DNA from: Terriglobales bacterium | GTDB lineage: Bacteria > Acidobacteriota > Terriglobia > Terriglobales > SCQP01 | Direction: 5' to 3' | Length of the DNA stretch: 64,000 bases | NCBI GenBank assembly: GCA_050747905.1 | Contig: JBOGKQ010000005.1 | Location: 64,994-128,993 of the forward strand | Shown: positions 35,501-42,577 of the stretch, in pieces | Position numbering within the stretch: position 1 is the stretch's first letter | How the letters are laid out: every line of letters begins with the position of its first letter | Made by a program: the position numbers and the translations under genes | The notes under the pieces: model-generated | Database searches by the model: none | What the model was told of the DNA's origin: nothing | The model's input: only the letters and a program-made list of their open reading frames with translations

Positions 35501-35931
35501 GCTTCGTCGAGGCCGCCGGTGCCGCTTGAGAAGGTGAAACCGCCGAGGTGCGCAAACGCAAATGTGGCCGTCATTGCGCAGGCATCCACGCTGCAGTCAA
35601 CGCTGAAGGGCGTGACGGTCTCCGACGCTGCGCCATCCTCGATCCGCACCGGAACGCCCGCCATTGCCGGAGCGATTTCGTCGCTTGCAACCAGCGTGAT
35701 GCGCGCGGGGGTGACTTGAACCGTCGCCAGCCCCGGCGCCTCGACCGGGGTCGAAGTGGAGGCGTGCCATTGGGAAAAGGCCGCCGCGTAATAACTGCCG
35801 CCCATGCGCGGAAACTCAAAGTTGCGCACTTGGGCAGCGGCGCATGCGGGCAGCAACTGCATCGGTACAATCCCCACGGCCAGGCCGACGAGAAGGCGCC
35901 GGCGCACAGTGATTACGCAAGTCTTCCTCAT
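32572..35931 (-). CDS. large secreted fibre/beta-helix protein
   Basis: 1119 aa. Signal peptide ...LLPACAAAQV, divergent copy of the shared N-module. Contains a low-GC patch. Confidence 0.65.
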   Translation of the reverse strand: MRKTCVITVRRRLLVGLAVGIVPMQLLPACAAAQVRNFEFPRMGGSYYAAAFSQWHASTSTPVEAPGLATVQVTPARITLVASDEIAPAMAGVPVRIEDGAASETVTPFSVDCSVDACAMTATFAFAHLGGFTFSSGTGGLDEAISAAAGQGGGTVVIGSGWSGSTAQITGAAGSASVLVLDRRNLVHYRWNGTSYQPAPTISSVGEGASGSGEDTTAACSATSAQVTLAAAMDFTNGNGIALSGCGAAAFGGAAITPPTPTIINWCGANGQMACATAPGSTPYSYRIVVDDGHEGTTAASPVATTSTGAARLGPGDGDLVEGANYLTWDAPAGISTNSYGYFVYAQANGGAWRLIGLETIPGTAEPWTASTIYANGRMAEPVAAPNGSYYVATIGGTSGASEPAWCVSSSTCTVVDGTVTWQRQPFSWMDTAQTVTYAPAWVPTTPPAAGAADVLVTTVTSGGGSTSLTLASAAGTSAAAAYTTHDDTAALNAALAAQLANCDAKQPFGFAPQARCPLLTFANGQYNVTGPVNFGQYLNVQGDKAGWVYAEEPFQNIFTSPNVTWLSWNGVHTTGGRTALFVGVAAGDATFTVEHADVQMTTGYALDLDTQATQSSGVQMTIQGTLSNDRGALIFAGDWLEIEPNSWVSMTYPNTQPYQAQIVNLGATLSIHGVFGVPQSLPYDRWVDLWANTSQNGDYSSALIDDSRIGSEGAGMSAVYVLGGYGASQAFNWPLATVGLGTAYDRLGMAVTIRDSLLGAGAVTLLNNTFPQQLTLSGNYASQSAALVNTCSGINVFTRTSPCALPAGFSPTNLDTVLEGSLWGADTVNFNIVGNQAANNWCLPGTTQPDLLPYLTSERCLLSAAAPTNGVWTTGGSTANNALWEPMIRDNTVTAGSPLGWLLEPGAGAGATAYETARAAPPWQENHTYTLATSPFGEGDDFVAATVGGTAYSFYVSAVSSGTTCTSGASTPSWSATFNTTTGVSATTPDGTCTWSLETVGSQQWWLPGYIAPFAAEPVAQFLQVGAIGPVLPLSASVAGSTTSLAGGTCGDAVTVAVSGAQTTMSAVASGEAALPSPGLTLEAAVTSAGVVTVEYCNLTAAAIVPAPLTVAVRVVRP

Positions 35932-36131
35932 TTGCCGATCTTAATGCGCGGATAGAGCCGGTGCACGTTGCGCCGGATGACGGCCTGCTCATGCGGCGAG
36001 GCATCCTGGGCGGCCCGTGCCAGCGCGTTGCGGGCATGCGCGGCGTCGGGAATGGGGTACGCGCGCTTGCCCGGCAGCGCGTATTTGCTGCTCGGCAGGA
36101 CCTTGCGTTCTTTGGTTGTCAGTACGCTCAT
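35928..36131 (-). CDS. small conserved phage protein
   Basis: Start set at MSVLTTKERK. 67 aa. PGKRAYPIPDAAHARNALARA motif. ATGA-coupled to the next gene. Confidence 0.5.
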   Translation of the reverse strand: MSVLTTKERKVLPSSKYALPGKRAYPIPDAAHARNALARAAQDASPHEQAVIRRNVHRLYPRIKIGK

Positions 36132-36141
36132 TGCTCTCCTC

Positions 36142-36828
36142 CTAAACCCACCGTCCCGCCGGACCCCACCAGCCGGGGTCCCGGAAGGGCCGCTGCCGCC
36201 GCGTGGCCGACTGCGAATCCATGATTTGCCGTTGAATCCAGCGATAGAGCAGGTGGCGCGCCTCGGCAATGTATTGCTGCCCCAGCGCCTGTTCGCGCAT
36301 GGCGGTGGCCATCAGGCCCGCGGTCCAGTAGCCCAGAATGGTGGCAACTCCAATCGCCCCCAGGGACGAATTGGGGTTAGCAAGCGCTGGCCAGAGCTGC
36401 TCGTAGCGGACTTCGAGGTCCAGATTCTCGGTGGCCCCGACAAAGTAGATATTGCCGCCGCGCCACTCGTAGCTGCGGTTGAGGTCATCGAGCGTGCGCG
36501 AGGGAAGCTCGGCGGTGCGCTCGATCTCAAACCAGTTATTGTCGTCGGTCCCCGCCTGGCGCTCGCGCAGGGTAAGTGGCGCGGCCAGGTTCGCCAGCGC
36601 CTTGCCGGGGGCGATATAGCCCCCGAGGTCCTTGGTGTACGCTGCCACGTCAGGGAGGATCACCACCATCTCGGCCGCGGTCACCTCGCGCGCCGCAACC
36701 CCCTCATCCCGCAGCGACGAGTAGGCGATGTTGAGGTAGGGCATCAGCAGCGCTGGGGTAAATAGCCCTTGCCCGGTGGGATCGAGCAGCGCCTGGGCCC
36801 GACCTATGGCAGTGGAAGCTGGTTCCAT
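36142..36828 (-). CDS. hypothetical virion protein (possible head-tail adaptor)
   Basis: 228 aa. Assigned only by position three genes downstream of the coat gene. Confidence 0.4.
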   Translation of the reverse strand: MEPASTAIGRAQALLDPTGQGLFTPALLMPYLNIAYSSLRDEGVAAREVTAAEMVVILPDVAAYTKDLGGYIAPGKALANLAAPLTLRERQAGTDDNNWFEIERTAELPSRTLDDLNRSYEWRGGNIYFVGATENLDLEVRYEQLWPALANPNSSLGAIGVATILGYWTAGLMATAMREQALGQQYIAEARHLLYRWIQRQIMDSQSATRRQRPFRDPGWWGPAGRWV

Positions 36829-37533
36829 CTATTCCCCTTCGGCAAGCGGCGTGACCTTCGTCCGGCAGAAGTGGCAGATCTTGGCGTTCACCTTGATGCT
36901 CTCCCCGCACATGGTGCAATCGCGCCGGTCGGCCTGCGCACGGGTGATCGAGATCCACTCCGGGAGGGCGGCGATCTCGCCGGTGCGGAACAGCGCGTGC
37001 GCGGCATCGCGCATGCGATCGGTCAGCATCGAGTGCTGGTGGTAGCGTCCCCAGGAGTCCACCGCCTGCTGGTAGGTGCGCCGGAACCAGGCAAACATGC
37101 GCTCGCGCGCCTCGGCGATGGTGGCGTCGGCGGGAATGTCTTCCCCGTTGAAAACAAACACGCCGCCGGTGGCTGCAAACTCGCGATTAACCTCCTGTGC
37201 CAGCTCGCGCGGCAGCACGCTCACCGGGGTGAAGCGGCCGTCGCCCAGGTCGCGCATGGAGAGGCGGTAGCGGTTAATCACCAGCCTTTGCACCGGCTCT
37301 TCTGGCGTCGCCGCTGGCACCTGAATGGTGCCGAGTTCCCCCAGGTTGACGGTCAGCGGGAACGGCAACAGGCTGCACACCGTCGCCACCTCCCATCCCT
37401 GCCGCACCAGCCGCTGGTGCTCCTCGCGCACTAGGCGGTCGCGAATCCTGTCGCTCACGCCCGCGCCCTGCATGTTCGGGCTACCGTACACTGCTGAGTA
37501 ATCAGCCCCGCTCGGGGCCGCTGAAGTCGCCAT
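36829..37533 (-). CDS. hypothetical phage protein with C-terminal zinc ribbon
   Basis: 234 aa. CTMCGESIKVNAKICHFCRTKV. Confidence 0.5.
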   Translation of the reverse strand: MATSAAPSGADYSAVYGSPNMQGAGVSDRIRDRLVREEHQRLVRQGWEVATVCSLLPFPLTVNLGELGTIQVPAATPEEPVQRLVINRYRLSMRDLGDGRFTPVSVLPRELAQEVNREFAATGGVFVFNGEDIPADATIAEARERMFAWFRRTYQQAVDSWGRYHQHSMLTDRMRDAAHALFRTGEIAALPEWISITRAQADRRDCTMCGESIKVNAKICHFCRTKVTPLAEGE

Positions 37534-37542
37534 GGTTCCCTC

Positions 37543-38223
37543 CTAAAGTGGGTGCTCTCGTATTCCCAGCCGTTCCGCCATCTCGACCAACGCCGGCCGG
37601 TGGCTGCCGCCGTAGCCCACCATGGGAGCGCCATGGAAGGCTGGAGCGGCATCGTCGAACAGGTCGCCCGCGAGCGCGTCATACTCGCTATCCCGGCGCG
37701 CTTGCTCTGCCTCCGCCCTGAGCGTGCGCTCCGCGGCACGCCGGCCAGGATCGGACGGCGCCTCCAGGCGCTGCCACTCGATCGCGTCAATGGCGGTGGT
37801 GACGTGGTGCTCGGTCGGATACCAGTACATCCGGGCGCCAATGTCCTCGTAGTCGCCAAAGCTCGGATAATCGCCCAGCGCGCACACCCCGCACGGCAGG
37901 CGCGTGCCGCCCTCGGGCTGGGTCGCGTACCACTGCTCCGATGTTCCATAGCTGGGCGCCGGTGTCCAGCGCTCGATCAGCCACGCTTGCTCGCCGGGAT
38001 ACTTGCGCACCCGGCGCAACTCGACGACCTTGCGCAGCGCGCGGTCGCCGTCCCAGTCCACCCATGCGCCGCCCGAGCGCTCGAAGCGCGCCGGCGCCCA
38101 CACCAACCGGTAGCGCGGTTCTCCGTAGGGCGTCGCGCCGTAGCGGCCCGCGATCAGCCTTGCGAGCCACGCCGGCGCCCGCCGCCCTTTGATGTCGTCC
38201 CGTTGCATAGCACGATCAGCCAC
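37543..38223 (-). CDS. hypothetical phage protein
   Basis: 226 aa, GTG start, downstream of the coat gene. Confidence 0.45.
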   Translation of the reverse strand: MADRAMQRDDIKGRRAPAWLARLIAGRYGATPYGEPRYRLVWAPARFERSGGAWVDWDGDRALRKVVELRRVRKYPGEQAWLIERWTPAPSYGTSEQWYATQPEGGTRLPCGVCALGDYPSFGDYEDIGARMYWYPTEHHVTTAIDAIEWQRLEAPSDPGRRAAERTLRAEAEQARRDSEYDALAGDLFDDAAPAFHGAPMVGYGGSHRPALVEMAERLGIREHPL

Positions 38224-38282
38224 CAGCTCCCAGCCGCGGGGCAGGGAACTGATTGCCGATGGTTGGTTTTTAGCTACGGTGG

Positions 38283-39521
38283 TTAGTAGCCGGTGGGCAG
38301 CGCCAGCCCGGTGATCGAGCTGACCGCCTTCGGGTTGTCAATGAAGAACTGCACGCCGGTGACCAGGTAGAACAGGTAGCTGGCGGCGATACCGCCGGAA
38401 GCCCCGTACACCGGAAACACCGTCTGGCCGCCGATTTCGTAGTAATCAATCGGCAGCCACTCGACGCGGCCCCAGGTTTCGAGATTGACCAGGTCCATGC
38501 GGGTCGTGTCGGCATGGATGTTCTCCTTGATCTTGATCCCGCCCATGGTCTTGTTCTTGAACAGCAGGTCGAGGTCTTTGTTCTCGCCCTTGCTGATCAC
38601 TTCGTTGATGGCGAAACCAAGCTCTTCATAGGCCGCCACCTGCGCCGGATGGGCGTGCCAAAGCAGGTTTCCTAGCGCGTCCGCGCCGATCGCCTGCCGG
38701 ATCTGGTTGTAGGCCAGCCGCACCGGAGGCAGCGTCAGCGCGGCGCTGTTTGCGTTCACGCCGTTGGCCACCGCGTAGGGAGTCGAACGCGCAATGCCCA
38801 GCCAGGTCCCAGCCGTCGAGGTGTTGTGATGGTAGGGGATGCCATAGATGAACGTCGGCTGCGCGCCGGTTACACCGCTCACCACCACCACGTCGGTGGC
38901 CACCGTGCCGGCTGGCACCGCCGAGAGGGTGATGGTCTGCGCTGACCCCAGTCCCTTGGAAATTGCCGTGATCGTGGCCGAGCCGCGCAAGGTCGTGAGG
39001 GTCGTGTCGTAGATCTGGATGACCTGGTTGTCCATCAGCAGGCGCGCCCCAAAAGGCGTGTTGTTGAGCGTCAGCACGCTGCCGACAATGCCCTCCACCG
39101 TGCCGAACACGCCATTGCCCGCCGTCTGCAGCGAGGCATCGAGCATGCGGCGGATCTGCTTCATGGCGTCGGCCACGTTGCGCTTGGCCGCGTTCTCGAT
39201 GGCCTTGTCGCTCGCGTCGGTGGCGTACTCGACCAACTTGGTGATCTCGACCGCCAGCGCAATGCCCACGGGGGTGATCTGGGCGTAGTCGTAGTTGGTG
39301 CCGGAGCCGCGTCCCAGGTCGCCGCCATCAAAGCTGGCCGCTCCGAAGGCGCCGCCCGGCTGCACTTGCAGCGGAATGCGCGCGGTGCGCGTCGAAACCC
39401 GCTCGACATCGCGCTTTTGAATCAGTGAGAAGAACGTGTCGTCACGCTCGTAAAGGATGGGCAGCTTGGGCCTCACCTTTTCGAGCTGCAACGCCACGGT
39501 CTGAGAGTTTGTTAATGCCAT
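38283..39521 (-). CDS. major capsid (coat) protein, P22-coat-like
   Basis: 412 aa. Begins MALTNSQTV (P22 gp5 begins MALNEGQIV). The C-terminal pattern ...GIAASYLFYLVTGVQFFIDNPKAVSSITGLALP parallels the P22 coat C-terminus. GGAGA RBS. Confidence 0.75.
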   Translation of the reverse strand: MALTNSQTVALQLEKVRPKLPILYERDDTFFSLIQKRDVERVSTRTARIPLQVQPGGAFGAASFDGGDLGRGSGTNYDYAQITPVGIALAVEITKLVEYATDASDKAIENAAKRNVADAMKQIRRMLDASLQTAGNGVFGTVEGIVGSVLTLNNTPFGARLLMDNQVIQIYDTTLTTLRGSATITAISKGLGSAQTITLSAVPAGTVATDVVVVSGVTGAQPTFIYGIPYHHNTSTAGTWLGIARSTPYAVANGVNANSAALTLPPVRLAYNQIRQAIGADALGNLLWHAHPAQVAAYEELGFAINEVISKGENKDLDLLFKNKTMGGIKIKENIHADTTRMDLVNLETWGRVEWLPIDYYEIGGQTVFPVYGASGGIAASYLFYLVTGVQFFIDNPKAVSSITGLALPTGY

Positions 39522-39581
39522 CGCCGTCAGTCTCCATGCGCCCTCGCGGGCGCGGCCGAAAAGTTTACTGCCGCTGAACGC

Positions 39582-40913
39582 TCAGGCCAGGTCGAGGATC
39601 TCGCGGTCCGAGAGCCGCCGCCCCAGCGTTTTTTCCCGCTGGGAGACAAGCTCGCGTCCGGTGGGAATGGCCACCGCCGCCGGCCGGCCGGTGGCCTGCG
39701 GCTCGCGCCGCACGCTAGCCGCCGCGGTCTGCCGCTGCGCTTGCCGTTCGCGCAGTCCAGCGCCCGCCCGCTTCAGGATGGGTTCAAGGATTTCACGCCC
39801 GTTCTGGCGTACCCAGGCCTTCGCTTGGGCGACCATTTGCGCGCGTGTCTGCGGGGTCATGCCGCCGCGCTCGAAGGTTTCACTGAGCGCTGCGTTATGC
39901 ACCTTGTCCGCGTCTCCCACCCGCCGCACTTCCTCGAGAAAGTCGCGCGTGATGTTGGCCTTGTCGTAGTCCGACAACCTGGCGTCGGCCAGAATGCCGC
40001 CTACGAAGCCGGTAATCTCGCGTGCTGCTTCCTCCGCCGTAGTGTCCAGAAAATGTTCTTGCGTTTGCCGCTCCCCGTCGCTCAGCCGGGATCTGAGTTG
40101 CTCGAGCTCGCGCGCGTTGCGCTCGCCCGCATCGAGCTGCTGCCGGATATGGGGAGGCAGATTGCCTTCGTCAAACTGCGCCGTGGTGCGATCTTTCGCC
40201 CGGGAGGCGGGCGGATTGCGACTGCTTCCCCAGTCGAGGGTCTCCCTGATCGCCGTCACTGCGTCCTGTAATGCTTCATCGCCGCCCTGGCGCGCCTTCT
40301 GCTCGACGCCGTCCAGGAACACCTGCTGCAAAAATCGTACGTTGCGCTCGTAAGCGCCCGTCTGGCCGCTGGCTTGGTAGAGGCCGCTCCAGAACGCCTC
40401 CGGCTCCTTGCCAAAGTAGGACTGATCGTAGTTGGCGAGCGTCTCCCGCGCCTCGCTGGCCTCTTTGGCCTGCGCCAGCGACGGCAGCGAGTCCTGGTAG
40501 GCCGCCAGCTCCTGCGAGCGGCGGGCCATCTGGTACAGTTGCGCACGCACGCGCGGGTTGGACTCGGCGGCCTTGGCGAGCTCGGGGTTTTCCTTCAGGA
40601 TGCGCGTCAGCGCGCCGGTGCCAAAGCGCGCCGAGCCGGCCGCCTGATCGGCTTCCGGCTCGGTTTCGGCGCTGGCGGCGGCGGGCTCTGGCGAATCCTC
40701 CGCCTCCTCCTGTCCGTCAGGATAGTCCAGCTCTATAGGCGCATCTGCGTTTTCTGGCGCCGCCGGAGACGCCCCGCCTGGCGTCTCCGGGCCGCGGGCT
40801 GCCGCGTCTGGCTCGGCGCCGGCGTCCGCGGTTACGGATGCCGGCGCGTCACCGCCAGCGTCGCTGGCAGCAGCTGTGGCGGGGGAATCCAAAACTTCAA
40901 GATCGTCAGGCAT
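39582..40913 (-). CDS. scaffolding-like protein
   Basis: 443 aa. Acidic disordered N-terminus then long helical/charged region. Immediately upstream of the coat gene. Confidence 0.5.
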   Translation of the reverse strand: MPDDLEVLDSPATAAASDAGGDAPASVTADAGAEPDAAARGPETPGGASPAAPENADAPIELDYPDGQEEAEDSPEPAAASAETEPEADQAAGSARFGTGALTRILKENPELAKAAESNPRVRAQLYQMARRSQELAAYQDSLPSLAQAKEASEARETLANYDQSYFGKEPEAFWSGLYQASGQTGAYERNVRFLQQVFLDGVEQKARQGGDEALQDAVTAIRETLDWGSSRNPPASRAKDRTTAQFDEGNLPPHIRQQLDAGERNARELEQLRSRLSDGERQTQEHFLDTTAEEAAREITGFVGGILADARLSDYDKANITRDFLEEVRRVGDADKVHNAALSETFERGGMTPQTRAQMVAQAKAWVRQNGREILEPILKRAGAGLRERQAQRQTAAASVRREPQATGRPAAVAIPTGRELVSQREKTLGRRLSDREILDLA

Positions 40914-41307
40914 TCACAGCCTCCTGCGCCGGTTGGGCGCCCTGGAAATGTTGGCACTGGCCGCACTCAAACTCAGTGGCGCCCGGCCGCGGCTCGAACA
41001 GGTTGCAGCAGCCGCGCTCGCCCGACACGCCTCCGGGCACGTTCACGAGGTCGCACTCGCCGGACTTTTCGGCACCCTCGAGCTCCATATAGCCCGCCGT
41101 CTCGGCACTCACCCTGCCGCCGTCATGCTCGGCATCGAAGGTGCCGTGCGGCTGCGGGCGGCCAGTGAAGGCCGCCTCGACATCGGCGGCATGATTCCGC
41201 CGCATCACCGGAGTGCTCAGGTCCGGGCCGGCGCCGGGCGCGCCAGGCCTCGGCTTGTCCACGCCGATCACCACCAGCATTCCCTTACCCTTGTGTTGGT
41301 CCGCCAT
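40906..41307 (-). CDS. Cys-rich hypothetical phage protein
   Basis: Start set at MADQHKGKGM (GGAAGGAG RBS). C-terminal CDLVNVPGGVSGERGCCNLFEPRPGATEFECGQCQHF. Confidence 0.5.
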   Translation of the reverse strand: MADQHKGKGMLVVIGVDKPRPGAPGAGPDLSTPVMRRNHAADVEAAFTGRPQPHGTFDAEHDGGRVSAETAGYMELEGAEKSGECDLVNVPGGVSGERGCCNLFEPRPGATEFECGQCQHFQGAQPAQEAVNA

Positions 41308-41435
41308 CCAGGTCTCCTTCCGGCGCCGGATCGCCCAGCACCACATCGTCTTCACCCACTCCCAGCTCATCGGCCGCGTCCGGAGTCAGCGGCTCCAGCC
41401 GCGGTCCCCACCGCCGTGGCGGCACCCGGGCCCGG

Positions 41436-41870
41436 CTACTGCGCCGCCCGCGCATTCGCCTCCTGCGCATCCTCGGCCTTCCGCGCCTCGACTTGGCGCC
41501 TGAGCTGGGCAACCAGGACCGCCTTGCGGTCGCGTGCGGCACCCGCGGCGTCCTCCTGCTCGACCCTGTGCCGCCACTCATCCGGTGACAGCGGAGCGGC
41601 GCTGGCGGCCCGCACCGCCTCGGCCTGCTGGGCCGTCACATCCCGTGGCCGAAAGCGCGTATCCTCCGGGTGAAACGCCGGCGCCGCGCCGGCGGCAAAC
41701 AGCGCATTGTCCACCACGCGCTCGAGCGCCGCCCTGGCCTCGCGCAACTGGGCCTGGAGACGGTCGCGCTCCTCGCTCAGATCGCGCAGCCGCGCCTCCA
41801 TCTGCACCGCCCGCACCAGCGCGTGGTCGCGCTCGCGCCGCAGCTCCCGCGTAGGTTTCCCCCACATCAT
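41436..41870 (-). CDS. coiled-coil protein of the lysis region
   Basis: 144 aa, R/E/A-rich heptad-like, no TM. ATGA-coupled to the lysin. Confidence 0.45.
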   Translation of the reverse strand: MMWGKPTRELRRERDHALVRAVQMEARLRDLSEERDRLQAQLREARAALERVVDNALFAAGAAPAFHPEDTRFRPRDVTAQQAEAVRAASAAPLSPDEWRHRVEQEDAAGAARDRKAVLVAQLRRQVEARKAEDAQEANARAAQ

Positions 41871-42382
41871 GCCGCAGCCTCCAGCGGCGCCAACCCCCGC
41901 CGCGCTTCAAACTTCAGCCATATCGAGGCAACGTAGTTCTGGATCTGCCGGTAGTCAGGCCGGAGGCCATTTACCTCGACCTGGGTCAGCAGCGGGCCCA
42001 CGCTGCCCCAGGCATGGCTGTCAAGGCCGGCCGCCAGCGCCATCTTTTGCGCCTCGAGCACATACCCCGATCCCCCGTTGTAGCAGGCCAAGCCAAAGCG
42101 GATAGCCTCGTCGGGCGACTCCTGCCGCCATATGGCGATCGAATCTTTGAGGAAGCCAGCCCCCAGCTTGAGGTTGTTGCGCGGATCGAGCAGCGACGTG
42201 CGCGACCATGCCGGAAACGTCGAGGGCATCAACTGCATCAGGCCCAGGGCACCGCAGCTGGATTCCGCGTTCGGGTCAAACTCCGATTCCTGCTCGATCA
42301 CCCCATACAGCAGCCACCAGTCGAGACCGTTGGCCTGCGCCGCGGCGGCGATCAGGGGATAAAACTCAGCGCCGTTCGCCAT
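41867..42382 (-). CDS. lytic transglycosylase (SLT domain) endolysin
   Basis: VIEQESEFDPNA (catalytic Glu), GLMQLMPSTF, ACYNGGSGYV. Confidence 0.85.
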   Translation of the reverse strand: MANGAEFYPLIAAAAQANGLDWWLLYGVIEQESEFDPNAESSCGALGLMQLMPSTFPAWSRTSLLDPRNNLKLGAGFLKDSIAIWRQESPDEAIRFGLACYNGGSGYVLEAQKMALAAGLDSHAWGSVGPLLTQVEVNGLRPDYRQIQNYVASIWLKFEARRGLAPLEAAA

Positions 42383-42569
42383 AGCCCAGCTTCTCCCGGA
42401 TGTCGCGCTCCTCCGGCTTCTGGTCATGCATCAGGTGGTTGAACACCGCGGCGCGCAGCACCGTAATGTCCTGTTGCAGCGGCTCCATTTCCTGGCGCAC
42501 AATCGTCCGCACGGCCCAGTGCGTGAACGCCCCCAGCGTTCCCACCATCAGCACCAACGCGGAGATCAT
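42366..42569 (-). CDS. holin-like single-TM protein
   Basis: Start set at MISALVLMVGTLGAFTHWAV. 67 aa, charged C-terminus. Overlaps the lysin start. Confidence 0.45.
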   Translation of the reverse strand: MISALVLMVGTLGAFTHWAVRTIVRQEMEPLQQDITVLRAAVFNHLMHDQKPEERDIREKLGYGERR

Positions 42570-42577
42570 CTGCCAGT

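Noticed and set aside
17829-35931. Diversity-generating retroelement (template/variable repeat pair) acting on the fibre genes.
   Set aside because: No reverse-transcriptase-like ORF is present. The only nucleotide repeat is a tandem duplication inside the polyvalent gene, and the fibre N-modules are diverged paralogs. Neither shows an adenine-specific TR/VR pattern.
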